Shown here in pieces: positions 40,614 to 49,761 of a DNA stretch of 64,000 bases (position 1 is the stretch's first letter; each line of letters begins with the position of its first letter). This DNA is from Promethearchaeota archaeon (GTDB taxonomy: Archaea; Asgardarchaeota; Lokiarchaeia; Sigyniarchaeales; SOKP01). The position numbers were made by a program, and so were the translations under genes. The notes under the pieces were generated by a model. The model did not search any database and was not told the DNA's origin. It saw nothing but the letters and a program-made list of their open reading frames with translations. The DNA lies in the NCBI GenBank assembly GCA_048938005.1, contig JBHLMQ010000001.1:32001-96000 (forward strand), given 5' to 3'.

Positions 40614-41903
40614 TTAACTAACCTCATATACTAACTCTTTATTTTTACATAAAGTTTCATAATCTTTATCTAATGAAAGAATTACTCTTCGAATTATTAT
40701 ATATGCTTTTAATAATACCTTAGGGTCGACCTTTTCAGGAAGGTCAACTTTATTATGAGCATATTTCCCACCTGCTCTTGTAACAATATCAACTGAATCA
40801 TATCCTCTTAAATGAAAAGGAACTGAATCAGTGTGAGCTCCCGTAGATAAATGATATCCTTTGATCTTTACACCCTCATCTATTGCTGCATTTTCTAAGT
40901 ATTTACTAAGTAAAGGCGCAATTTTTTTTCGAGGTAAAACACCATAAGATTTTAAATACTCTACTTGATTTCTACGTTCACCGACACAAGAAATCATATC
41001 TAAATTAATTTGAAATACTCTTCCTTTTATTAATTGGTTCTCATAATTATTCACAAACACTCTAGAACCCATAGTACCTAATTCTTCAGCAGAGAATTGG
41101 CAAAACCAAATATTAAAGTTATCAAGTGCGTTTTTTTTAAAATATTCGCTTAATTCAAATACCACTGCCATTCCAGAAGCATTATCCAATGCTCCGGGTG
41201 ATTTATTGTGGGTATTTAAAAACATTAGAAATACATTTGAAATTGAGATTAATATAGTAAAAGCCCAAATACTAGTTGCTAATATAAGAGGATTTATTTT
41301 TATTAAAGTATAAGTATGAATAAAGAGTAATATAAAAAATCCTCCAAGAAAAATTCCCCCATATAACCAAACTCTATAGAAAAATACCCTCCAATATGTT
41401 TTAAAAGTTTGTGATTTAGAATCTAAATGTGCCGAAATTATAATGTTTCCAGCATTGTCAGTTGGCACGGTTTTTGCTGGCAATTTTACAAACACATTAG
41501 TTGCTGAAATTGTCTTTCCATAATATTCTCCCCAAAATCCAGGATGTTCAGGATGTTTTAGACCTTTCATGATTAAGAAAACAACAATTGTCATTATTCC
41601 TCCTATAAGAATTGTATATAATAAATTAATATATGCAAACATTAAAACAAACAATGAAAAGGTTAAGTTAATGACCATGATTAACTTTATAAGTGTAGTA
41701 GAATAAAAATCTGAAAATTTAAACGTCTCGCTTTGAATTTGCGACCCATCAAATCCAATATCTTTAAAGGTCTTAATTGTTAAATCTACTGCTTTTGCTT
41801 CTCCAATTGTTCCAGCAAGACGTGGAAAACTAAAATTCTTAACATAATTAAATAAATTATCAATATTTAATGAGTAATCTTGAATAGAATTCCCATTTTT
41901 CAA
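40614..41903 (-). CDS. Membrane-embedded M28 family peptidase
   Basis: FPRLAGT, AHLDSKSQ, GALDNASG, AEELG and HTD motifs. Confidence 0.85.
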   Translation of the reverse strand: MKNGNSIQDYSLNIDNLFNYVKNFSFPRLAGTIGEAKAVDLTIKTFKDIGFDGSQIQSETFKFSDFYSTTLIKLIMVINLTFSLFVLMFAYINLLYTILIGGIMTIVVFLIMKGLKHPEHPGFWGEYYGKTISATNVFVKLPAKTVPTDNAGNIIISAHLDSKSQTFKTYWRVFFYRVWLYGGIFLGGFFILLFIHTYTLIKINPLILATSIWAFTILISISNVFLMFLNTHNKSPGALDNASGMAVVFELSEYFKKNALDNFNIWFCQFSAEELGTMGSRVFVNNYENQLIKGRVFQINLDMISCVGERRNQVEYLKSYGVLPRKKIAPLLSKYLENAAIDEGVKIKGYHLSTGAHTDSVPFHLRGYDSVDIVTRAGGKYAHNKVDLPEKVDPKVLLKAYIIIRRVILSLDKDYETLCKNKELVYEVS

Positions 41904-42001
41904 CTTTTATCAAAAAAAATTTATGAATTCTGATTTAATACTTTCTATTTTTATTATAGTAATGAAAATAAATGTTTTGTTATTTAATTTCATAATTTAC
42001 T

Positions 42002-42601
42002 TTAGAGTTTTAATTTATCAATAATAATTTTTTGTATTTTTTCTTGGACAAGTTCTATTATATCATCAGAGCTGATTACATGATATCCTTCTTGTTTAGC
42101 ACGAGCAAGATAAAGATCTCTTACTTTATCTAAGAAAGAAGTATCTTCAAATTTTTCCAAGTCTTTATCTTCTTTTCTTGCTAATGCTATTCTCGGTTCA
42201 ATATCTAAAATTATTGTTATATCAGGAATACCTACAAATTTATTGATCTCCTTAATCCAATCAACAGAAATCTTATCAGATTGTATCGATTGATATATTA
42301 TTGAGGACTCTAAATAACGATCGGAAATAACAATATAGCCTTCTTGTAATTTTTTTTGGATTTCATTATGGAAATGTAAATCTCTATCAGCAGCAAATAA
42401 TAGAGCATCTGTAGTGGGGGGAATTTCCTTATTTTTTAAAAATTCTCTTAATAATATTCCAATTTTGCTATTTGATGGTTCTTGTGTTAGATGAACATTG
42501 AAACCTTTGCTTTCCAAAAATCCTTTAAGAAGGTGACTGTGAGTAGTAGTCCCCGCCGCATCCCCGCCTTCCAGTACAATAAATAAAGATTTGTGCTTCA
42601 A
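42002..42601 (-). CDS. tmk: Thymidylate kinase
   Basis: FIVLEGGDAAGTTT, QEP, LLFAADR and SDRYLESSIIYQ motifs. Confidence 0.92.
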   Translation of the reverse strand: MKHKSLFIVLEGGDAAGTTTHSHLLKGFLESKGFNVHLTQEPSNSKIGILLREFLKNKEIPPTTDALLFAADRDLHFHNEIQKKLQEGYIVISDRYLESSIIYQSIQSDKISVDWIKEINKFVGIPDITIILDIEPRIALARKEDKDLEKFEDTSFLDKVRDLYLARAKQEGYHVISSDDIIELVQEKIQKIIIDKLKL

Positions 42602-42802
42602 TTTAATTCTAAAAATTAATTTTAAGTAGGTATATTTTTAATATAGTCAAAGTAAATTAATTATCAATAACAACTTATTTATATTATTTTTAATTCGCTT
42701 GGTTTATTAAAATATTAACAAAATAAAGTATAATCGAATATGTTAAAGACAATTTTTATATTTTACCAGAAAAATTAAAATGATTAAATTATCTTATTTA
42801 AA

Positions 42803-43198
42803 ATGAGAGAAATGGGTAAAAATAAGAACTTCGCTTACTGTAATAAATGTGAGAAAGAAATTTTCAAACCAAAAAGAAAATCCATAGAAAGCATTTATTA
42901 TAATGTCTGGATTTTTGCTATTATTTCTTCATTAGGATTCGCAATTGTTCCCTTTCTAATTTATCGCTATGTTATTTTGAAAAAAAATATTTGCCCGTAT
43001 TGTCAAAATCAATTAGATTTTTATAGATCACGTGAAGAAATTCCAGAACCAAAGGCACAAATTGCCCGAATACTTCAAACAATAGAACATGAGAAAAGAA
43101 ATAAAGAAGAAGACAAGGTATACTGTCCATACTGCCAACAAGAAATAAATAGACGAGAAGATATTTGCTCAAATTGTGGAGCTTCTCTTAAAGAATAA
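42803..43198 (+). CDS. LITAF-like zinc-ribbon protein plus C-terminal zinc ribbon
   Basis: CNKC-hydrophobic stretch-CPYC, then CPYC...CSNC. Confidence 0.7.
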   Translation: MREMGKNKNFAYCNKCEKEIFKPKRKSIESIYYNVWIFAIISSLGFAIVPFLIYRYVILKKNICPYCQNQLDFYRSREEIPEPKAQIARILQTIEHEKRNKEEDKVYCPYCQQEINRREDICSNCGASLKE

Positions 43199-43262
43199 AA
43201 ATATATAAGGATATGAATATTTACTATTATGCAATTTAACTGTTTAAATATAAAATTACCTT

Positions 43263-43646
43263 ATGAATAATAAGATGACAACTAAAAACCCAAGTGGATA
43301 TTGCCCCCGTTGCCAGCAGAATGTATTATTAACTCGTGAAGAGATTGATACGTGTCTTGCTATAGTATTATTGATTTTTACTGCAGGAATTGGCTTAATA
43401 ATTTACCTCGCTATATACTATAGTAAACCTGAAGAATACTGCATTCATTGTCGTACTAAAGTCACAGCCTTTCAAACTCCTACTCCCTATACATATCAAC
43501 CTCAAACTCAACAGCCATCGTATACTACGCCTGTAAACATATCCGAGGAAATTACAGGAGGCAGACCTAATTTTTGCGCTCTATGTGGAGAGAGGTTAGA
43601 AGTTGGAGCAAGATTTTGTCCGAACTGTGGAAGTCAAATAACATAA
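43263..43646 (+). CDS. LITAF-like zinc-ribbon protein plus C-terminal zinc ribbon
   Basis: CPRC-hydrophobic stretch-CIHC, P/Q/Y-rich linker, then CALC...CPNC. Confidence 0.75.
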   Translation: MNNKMTTKNPSGYCPRCQQNVLLTREEIDTCLAIVLLIFTAGIGLIIYLAIYYSKPEEYCIHCRTKVTAFQTPTPYTYQPQTQQPSYTTPVNISEEITGGRPNFCALCGERLEVGARFCPNCGSQIT

Positions 43647-43765
43647 TATTGATTTTTTTTTGAATTTATTTTTTTTGTAGAGCTATTACTCCTATTCAAA
43701 TTTAAAAATTGGACTCCAAATTTTTTTAATTCTTTTAAAATCTCATATTAATTAAATAAAATAAA

Positions 43766-44155
43766 ATGATTTGGAGTGATAAAAAGATGTTTTGTCCAAA
43801 ATGTAATATGAATGTATACACAAAAAAGAATGATTTCAATATTGGTTTAGCGATTATTTTAGCTATATTCACTGGTGGTATAGGGCTACTAATTTATGTT
43901 GCTATTTATTTAGACAGGGAGCATAAACCCCGCTGTATTCATTGCGATTCTATCTGTTATGATAACAAAGAAAATAATCGACCAATTTCAAATTATCAGG
44001 TAATAAGTAGTTCCAATCAAGTACAGAGTCAGAAGCTAATTATAGAATCACAAGAAGCTGGGGAACACGCAAAATATTGTTATAATTGTGGATCTGAGCT
44101 AGATCAAAGCGCTAATGCTAAATTTTGTGCATTTTGTGGAAGTGCAACACAGTAA
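43766..44155 (+). CDS. LITAF-like zinc-ribbon protein plus C-terminal zinc ribbon
   Basis: CPKC-LAIILAIFTGGIGLLIY-CIHC, then CYNC...CAFC. Confidence 0.75.
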   Translation: MIWSDKKMFCPKCNMNVYTKKNDFNIGLAIILAIFTGGIGLLIYVAIYLDREHKPRCIHCDSICYDNKENNRPISNYQVISSSNQVQSQKLIIESQEAGEHAKYCYNCGSELDQSANAKFCAFCGSATQ

Positions 44156-44167
44156 TTTTTTTTGTAT

Positions 44168-45076
44168 TTATTCTTTTTTTTCCTTTAAAATCTTCATAAA
44201 TTCATAGAAATATTTGTATGAGTAATTGAAATGATAGTCTTCCTTAGAATATTCTAATGCTTCAGTAAAAAGATGTTTAAAACCTTTTAAGTCTTTCTTC
44301 TTGATTATAATTTTATATTCTTCAATTAAATTTTCGAGTAAGTCTAAAATTTTATGAAATTTATCATTTTTTATTTGGATTTCGCCGAACATTTCCATTT
44401 CTCTCTGAATAATGCTTTCAGCAAAAACTTTTTGTAATAGGAAAGTTGTACCTGTATATCGTGTCAATTCAGAGAGAGATTCATTCGTTCTTTTTAATAA
44501 ATTTAAAAATAAGATATTAAACATATGCGGTACTCCTAAGGTTAAAGCAATCCTTGAATCATGAATGTCAGGTATAGTTTCTGTTATAATAAATCCATCT
44601 GATCTAAATAAATCTAAGAATTTATTTATAATTTCATTATATTGTTCCGTTCCATCGATTTTTAATACAAGTATAACATAGTTTTTCATAGTTTTGATCC
44701 CTGGTCCAAACATTGGGTGAATCGATAAACAATTAATAGGATATTTTTCTTGAACTTCTCTTAATATTGTATAAATTTCTTGTTTTAGAGAAGTTATATC
44801 AAAAAGTAAGGAATCCTTTTTCATCAAGGGTGCAATTCTTTGAATCATTTCTGATGTAGAATTGATAGGAACTGAAATCATTACAATATCTGCATTTTCA
44901 ACACTCTTTTTGAGATCTAACTCATAATTGACTCCTAAGTTTTTAGCTACAATTTTTAGTTTAATTTCATTTCGAGCCAATAAAGTAACATTAAATCCAT
45001 GCCGCTTGAAATATTTTCCAAAAACTTGACCCATGCCACCAGAGCCACCAATGATGGTTATATTTTTACCTAGCAT
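44168..45076 (-). CDS. tyrA: Prephenate dehydrogenase
   Basis: IIGGSGGMG, DITSLK, HPMFGP and HD motifs. Confidence 0.9.
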   Translation of the reverse strand: MLGKNITIIGGSGGMGQVFGKYFKRHGFNVTLLARNEIKLKIVAKNLGVNYELDLKKSVENADIVMISVPINSTSEMIQRIAPLMKKDSLLFDITSLKQEIYTILREVQEKYPINCLSIHPMFGPGIKTMKNYVILVLKIDGTEQYNEIINKFLDLFRSDGFIITETIPDIHDSRIALTLGVPHMFNILFLNLLKRTNESLSELTRYTGTTFLLQKVFAESIIQREMEMFGEIQIKNDKFHKILDLLENLIEEYKIIIKKKDLKGFKHLFTEALEYSKEDYHFNYSYKYFYEFMKILKEKKE

Positions 45077-45954
45077 TATTTTATCCCAAGAAATTCAATA
45101 ATTTTATTTTTCATTAAATTAACGTTTGGTTTTTTATTAGTCCACCACTCAAACGCTAAGGCACCTTGATTAACTAACATATCTAATCCTCCAATCGTTT
45201 TACAGCCTTTTTCAGTAGCATTTTTTATTAATTTAGTTTCTATAGGGTTATAGACTATATCGTAAACAATTAAGTCATCATGTAAAAATTCAGCAGATAT
45301 GGGTGATAATTGAATATTTGGATACATTCCAATAGGAGTTGCATTAATCAGAATATCAGCTTTTTTAGATTCCCTTTTTAAAACACTAGTACTATTATAT
45401 TTTCCTTCAATATTAGTGTTAAAATATTTTTTTAATTCATTTGCTATTTTAATCGCTCTTTTTTCAGTTCTATTTACGATAACTATCTTATTAGCCTCTT
45501 TAGCCATAATATAAGCTATAGCTCTTGCTGCACCGCCAGCGCCTAATAACAAAACATTTTTTCCAGAAATCGAATACCCTGAATTTAAAAATGCCTTCAT
45601 AGCGCCTTCCGCATCGGTATTTCTACCTATTAAATAATCCTCATTATTTTTAATTGCATTCACCGCCCCTATTTTTTGTGCCATAGGCTCAATTTCATCT
45701 AAAAATTTCATAATTTTTTGCTTAAAGGGAATCGTCACATTAATTCCCAAGATATTAAATGCTCTAAATCCTTTCACCGCATGGCTCAAATTATTGGGAT
45801 GGATATTGAATGCTAAATAAATAAATTCAAGCTTTAGCTCACGTATAGCAGCGTTATGCATTATTGGACTTAGCGAATGCTCAATTGGATGCCCTATAAC
45901 GCAAAGGATTTTTATCCGCTCAGTAATGAAATTATTATCTAACATCTTAAACAT
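45076..45954 (-). CDS. aroE: Shikimate dehydrogenase
   Basis: HSLSP, NVTIPFK, NTD, GAGGAARA and GLDMLVNQG motifs. Confidence 0.95.
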   Translation of the reverse strand: MFKMLDNNFITERIKILCVIGHPIEHSLSPIMHNAAIRELKLEFIYLAFNIHPNNLSHAVKGFRAFNILGINVTIPFKQKIMKFLDEIEPMAQKIGAVNAIKNNEDYLIGRNTDAEGAMKAFLNSGYSISGKNVLLLGAGGAARAIAYIMAKEANKIVIVNRTEKRAIKIANELKKYFNTNIEGKYNSTSVLKRESKKADILINATPIGMYPNIQLSPISAEFLHDDLIVYDIVYNPIETKLIKNATEKGCKTIGGLDMLVNQGALAFEWWTNKKPNVNLMKNKIIEFLGIK

Positions 45955-45968
45955 TAATACTGATTATA

Positions 45969-46589
45969 TCAACCTATTATTTCATCATTGAAATGACTCT
46001 CAAATTCTTTTGATCGTACTATTGTGGCTTGTCTATATCTTTCAAAGCGATTTTCCCATTTAGCATCTACATTAAATGCAACCTTTGCAAAATTAATTGA
46101 TTTAATAGCTTTAGCCAATGGCTCTTGATCTTTTGGACGATATATTTTAATAGGATCTCCAATAGCAATGTTGTTTGGAGGGATAAAAAGATTAGCGGGA
46201 ACAACTGTATTTGCATGAATAAAAGCTCCAACAGCCACTGCAGCGCCAGATTGAACAACAGCACCTTGTAAAATAGTGGCACCTGTTGCTATATATGAAT
46301 TAGACTCAATTTCACACCCAATAAGTGTTGATTGAGGTGAGATAAAGACATGATCTCCAATTATTACTGGATACTCGCGATTTCCTGATGATGTAGCTCT
46401 AAGAACAGCATTTTCACATATTATGGAGTATTCCCCGATTTCGATTTTAGATCCCTCCGAATCAAGAACAGCTCCATACATTATCCGTGAATCTTTTCCA
46501 ATTGAAACTTTCCCGATAATAGTTGCTGTTGGTGCAATAAATACTGAGGAATCAAATATAGGTTTAAATCCTCTATGTTTTATTATCAT
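45969..46589 (-). CDS. Gamma-carbonic anhydrase/CaiE-like hexapeptide-repeat protein
   Basis: FIAPTATIIGKVSIG left-handed beta-helix repeats. Confidence 0.8.
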   Translation of the reverse strand: MIIKHRGFKPIFDSSVFIAPTATIIGKVSIGKDSRIMYGAVLDSEGSKIEIGEYSIICENAVLRATSSGNREYPVIIGDHVFISPQSTLIGCEIESNSYIATGATILQGAVVQSGAAVAVGAFIHANTVVPANLFIPPNNIAIGDPIKIYRPKDQEPLAKAIKSINFAKVAFNVDAKWENRFERYRQATIVRSKEFESHFNDEIIG

Positions 46590-46880
46590 CCTTTTTCACC
46601 TAATATTGTTTATAAAATTTTTGATTACAGATCAATTCTACATAATTTAATTTTTGTACATGAAAAAATGAGATTATTTAATTAAATGCTATTTAATATG
46701 TTTAAGATTAATAGGAATTTAAAATTATATCACTAAAATAGGAAAAATTAGATTTATTATGGGAAAATGGGAAAAAAAAAGTTACATTAGAAAAGTATGG
46801 ATTTTCAAAAGAGTTGTTTCTTTCTTACCTTATAAAAATTATTAAAAATGCAATTAATAAAATATTCAATGTAATTCATT

Positions 46881-47411
46881 ATGACTAAAAATTCCATTGC
46901 TCTTATTGGTTTTATGGCTACTGGAAAAACATTAATAGGAAAAGCATTAGTAGAGTACCTTGGTAGTGATTACACATTTATAGAAACAGATCAACTTATA
47001 GTTCAAGAAGTTGGTAAGCCTATTCCTAGAATTTTTGCTGAAGAGGGAGAAAGCAAATTTAGAGAGTATGAGATTTCTGTGTGTGAGAAAGCCTCTAAAT
47101 TAAATAAAGTTGTTATTTCATGTGGGGGTGGAGTAGTTTTGAATAAGGTCAATATTGAAAATTTAAAAAAAAATTGTCATATTGTCTTATTAAAAGCAAC
47201 TCTAGAGGAAATTTATAAGAGAGCTATAAAAAACGGAAAAGAAACTAGACCTGTTATTGATAAAGAAGATCCAAAAAGAGAAATTGAAGAGGCTCTAAAT
47301 TTTCGGAGATCTTATTATGATGCAGCAGCGGAGATCGTTATTGATACAACAAATAAAAAAATTCAGAATATTGTTAGAGAGATTGCTATAAAAACCCTTT
47401 TAAAAACCTAA
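46881..47411 (+). CDS. aroK: Shikimate kinase (AroK/NMP-kinase type)
   Basis: GFMATGKT, GESKFREYE, SCGGGVV and RP motifs. Confidence 0.93.
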   Translation: MTKNSIALIGFMATGKTLIGKALVEYLGSDYTFIETDQLIVQEVGKPIPRIFAEEGESKFREYEISVCEKASKLNKVVISCGGGVVLNKVNIENLKKNCHIVLLKATLEEIYKRAIKNGKETRPVIDKEDPKREIEEALNFRRSYYDAAAEIVIDTTNKKIQNIVREIAIKTLLKT

Positions 47412-47470
47412 ATTTAAATTTATCCACTCTACTAAATATTTAAAATATATTATAAAAGGGTAAAGCTATC

Positions 47471-47670
47471 ATGACAGAATATAAAAGAGTAAAATGCCCT
47501 CAATGTGGCAATGATAATCCACGTAAACTTCATGAAGAACCAGATAGGAATAAGGTGCTTTACTACAGTATAGGTAAAGCTATTTCAGCTTACCGCTGAG
47601 GCAGGGCACTCCGGTTTATGCAAAAAACATTAAGTGTGGAGATTGCGGTAATTATTTCAAAAAAAATTAA
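47471..47670 (+). CDS. Unannotated 56-aa zinc-ribbon protein split by a candidate 29-nt intron: join(47471..47571,47601..47670)
   Basis: Spliced translation is MTEYKRVKCPQCGNDNPRKLHEEPDRNKVLYYSMQGTPVYAKNIKCGDCGNYFKKN*. The unspliced frame stops at TGA 47597-47599 with only one CxxC. Confidence 0.8.
47572..47600 (+). other. Candidate bulge-helix-bulge(loop) pre-mRNA intron, 29 nt
   Basis: 4-bp helix CAGU(47566-69)/GCUG(47595-98). 3-nt bulges AU|A and AG|G. Intron hairpin GGUAAAGCU/AGCUUACC. Exon-exon stem GUGCUUU(47555-61)/AGGGCAC(47603-09). Confidence 0.75.
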
Positions 47671-47709
47671 TTTATAATTATTTTTTTCTTATTTTTTTAA
47701 TTTTAGTTT

Positions 47710-48915
47710 TCACATTAATGATAAAACAATTTTATTTTGTGCCTTTAGCATATCTCCCATGATAAGTTCCATAGCTTCTTTAATATCTGGATTATTCTCA
47801 GAGATACTACGCTTAGCATTGACACTTGCCATTAATACTTCATTTAATCCACGTAATATCATATCAGGAGAATACCAAGGGCGTTGTGAAGCCCACCATT
47901 GCTGGCAGCTATGAATTCCCCGATCTAACAAATTCCTTGCATTATCGAATATCTTTTTCTTTTCATCATTCATACCATCCCGATATTTAGCTGCTAAATG
48001 AATTAAAGTAAGAGCATACATGAAAAATCTATGTTGTTCGATATGAATTTCATTAGTAGGGTCGAACCAGAGAGGAAAGGGTACATCCTGGATAATATCA
48101 TATGGCATTGTCGACCAACTGGAATCCCGTGGGACTTGAGTGAACCCTTTAGGAAATTTATCGACTATTTCTGAAATTGTACATATTTTCACATCATTTC
48201 GATGTGGTAGTACGCCAAATAACGGTATGAGAAAATTTTTAATTGCATGTTTTACATGGTGCCCAAATGTTTCACCATCCATTGCAAGTATTACATAATA
48301 ATCCTCAGAGGTGTTCTTATAATATAAACGTTTAATAAACGCATCAACGTTGTTAATCTTATCGAAAGCACAATCAATTGAGGTATAATCGTCCCTAAAT
48401 AGTAATTTTAATCCATTTGGATGGATTGATATATTATTCGTAGGAAACTCTGGTAAAGTATTGGCAATACCACTCATAATCATCCAATCAAATCCCGCCT
48501 TTTTAACAATTTTAAATACTTCTACAGAAACCGCCATTTCTGGGGGGAAAAATCCACGAGGCTTAAAAAGTTCCCCAAAAAAATGCCGATTAGTCTCATT
48601 ATTTAACTCTATTTGACGCGTAATTTCAGGTTCCGGAATTAAAGGAAGTAAAGGATGAAATTTACCTGAACCTGTAAATTCAATTTGCCCTCTAGAAGCT
48701 AGAGTAGTAATAGTCCCTATTAGATCATCATATCCAAAATCATGTAATTGTTCAGTTAAGGTTCCATTAATGTTTAGTGTTATTTTTACCTCTGGATGAT
48801 CTGTCAAGGCATTAAAAATAGGTCTATAGGATTCATTAACGATTTGTTTAATTACAGCCGGGATTTGAACTGGAGGTTGATAAATATGAAATAAAAAGGT
48901 AAAATAAACTACCAT
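47710..48915 (-). CDS. Glycoside hydrolase family 57 protein
   Basis: HIYQP, ESY, HPLLPL, FPPEMAV, MDGETFGHH and SSWS motifs. Confidence 0.9.
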   Translation of the reverse strand: MVVYFTFLFHIYQPPVQIPAVIKQIVNESYRPIFNALTDHPEVKITLNINGTLTEQLHDFGYDDLIGTITTLASRGQIEFTGSGKFHPLLPLIPEPEITRQIELNNETNRHFFGELFKPRGFFPPEMAVSVEVFKIVKKAGFDWMIMSGIANTLPEFPTNNISIHPNGLKLLFRDDYTSIDCAFDKINNVDAFIKRLYYKNTSEDYYVILAMDGETFGHHVKHAIKNFLIPLFGVLPHRNDVKICTISEIVDKFPKGFTQVPRDSSWSTMPYDIIQDVPFPLWFDPTNEIHIEQHRFFMYALTLIHLAAKYRDGMNDEKKKIFDNARNLLDRGIHSCQQWWASQRPWYSPDMILRGLNEVLMASVNAKRSISENNPDIKEAMELIMGDMLKAQNKIVLSLM

Positions 48916-48980
48916 ACTATATATTAAAAAATATATTATTTTTAATCTTCATAGTTTTTTTTTTAAAGGTTATAATTAAT

Positions 48981-49733
48981 TTAAAGATTATTCAGTATTA
49001 AATCATAAATTTCTCTCATTTTTTGGATTTCTATTTGTCCTGATGCTGTTTTTTCCTCAAGGGACGCATATGTAAAAAAGGATCCAGCAATGACACATGT
49101 AATTCTAGAGAAAACACCTAATGTTCCCATACAGAATGAGATAATTTTTTGATTTGAATTTGAGAATTCCTTACACAATTTTAATGGTATTATATTATCC
49201 TCGAAGTTTTGAGCTGTAAAAATAATTTTATAGATATTATCTTTAAGGTTTTTTGGCTCTAAAGATAATTCTTGGTTCAATTTTTTATTAAAATTCTGAA
49301 CCAGATGGATTCCCTCTTCATATGTTAGTGTTTTTTCAAAATTGTGATATGAATAAATTAATTTTACCCCTTTTTGAGACGTTAGATTAAGAATTTCACT
49401 TAAGATGTTTTTATCACTCCTTATTTCTATATCAAGATAATCAGGTTTAGATTCTATAAACATTTTTAAAATTTTTAAGCGATAGTCTTGTTCTATTTCG
49501 ATTTGACCACCTTCTAATGGATCTCTAAAAGTAAAGATAACAGCAGCATGAGGATGAATAATATTCAATAAATCTTTTACGAAATCTATGGTAATAGTTT
49601 TAATATCAGAAATATAATCGAATCTCAATTCAATTAGATTAGGTTCTTCTTTTATTACCTTATTAATTATTGGTTTAACTTCTTTTATCCTTGTATATCT
49701 AATAGGAATCGGAATACAGAGATTATATTTCAT
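48981..49733 (-). CDS. aroD: Type I 3-dehydroquinate dehydratase
   Basis: IELRFD, FTFR...EGG, SYHNFEKT, MGTLGVFSR and TASGQ motifs. Confidence 0.9.
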   Translation of the reverse strand: MKYNLCIPIPIRYTRIKEVKPIINKVIKEEPNLIELRFDYISDIKTITIDFVKDLLNIIHPHAAVIFTFRDPLEGGQIEIEQDYRLKILKMFIESKPDYLDIEIRSDKNILSEILNLTSQKGVKLIYSYHNFEKTLTYEEGIHLVQNFNKKLNQELSLEPKNLKDNIYKIIFTAQNFEDNIIPLKLCKEFSNSNQKIISFCMGTLGVFSRITCVIAGSFFTYASLEEKTASGQIEIQKMREIYDLILNNL

Positions 49734-49761
49734 AATTTAAAATGAAAATTAAAGAGATATT

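Noticed and set aside
47597-47599. TGA read as selenocysteine in the zinc-ribbon gene
   Set aside because: Read-through stays in the wrong frame (GRALRFMQ...), the position is not Cys-equivalent, and no SECIS was recognised.
47574-47604. Spliceosomal-looking GTAAAG...AG boundaries inside the zinc-ribbon insert
   Set aside because: GT-AG excisions of 27 nt (to 47600) or 31 nt (to 47604) do not restore the frame with the second CxxC. Only the 29-nt BHB-defined excision does.
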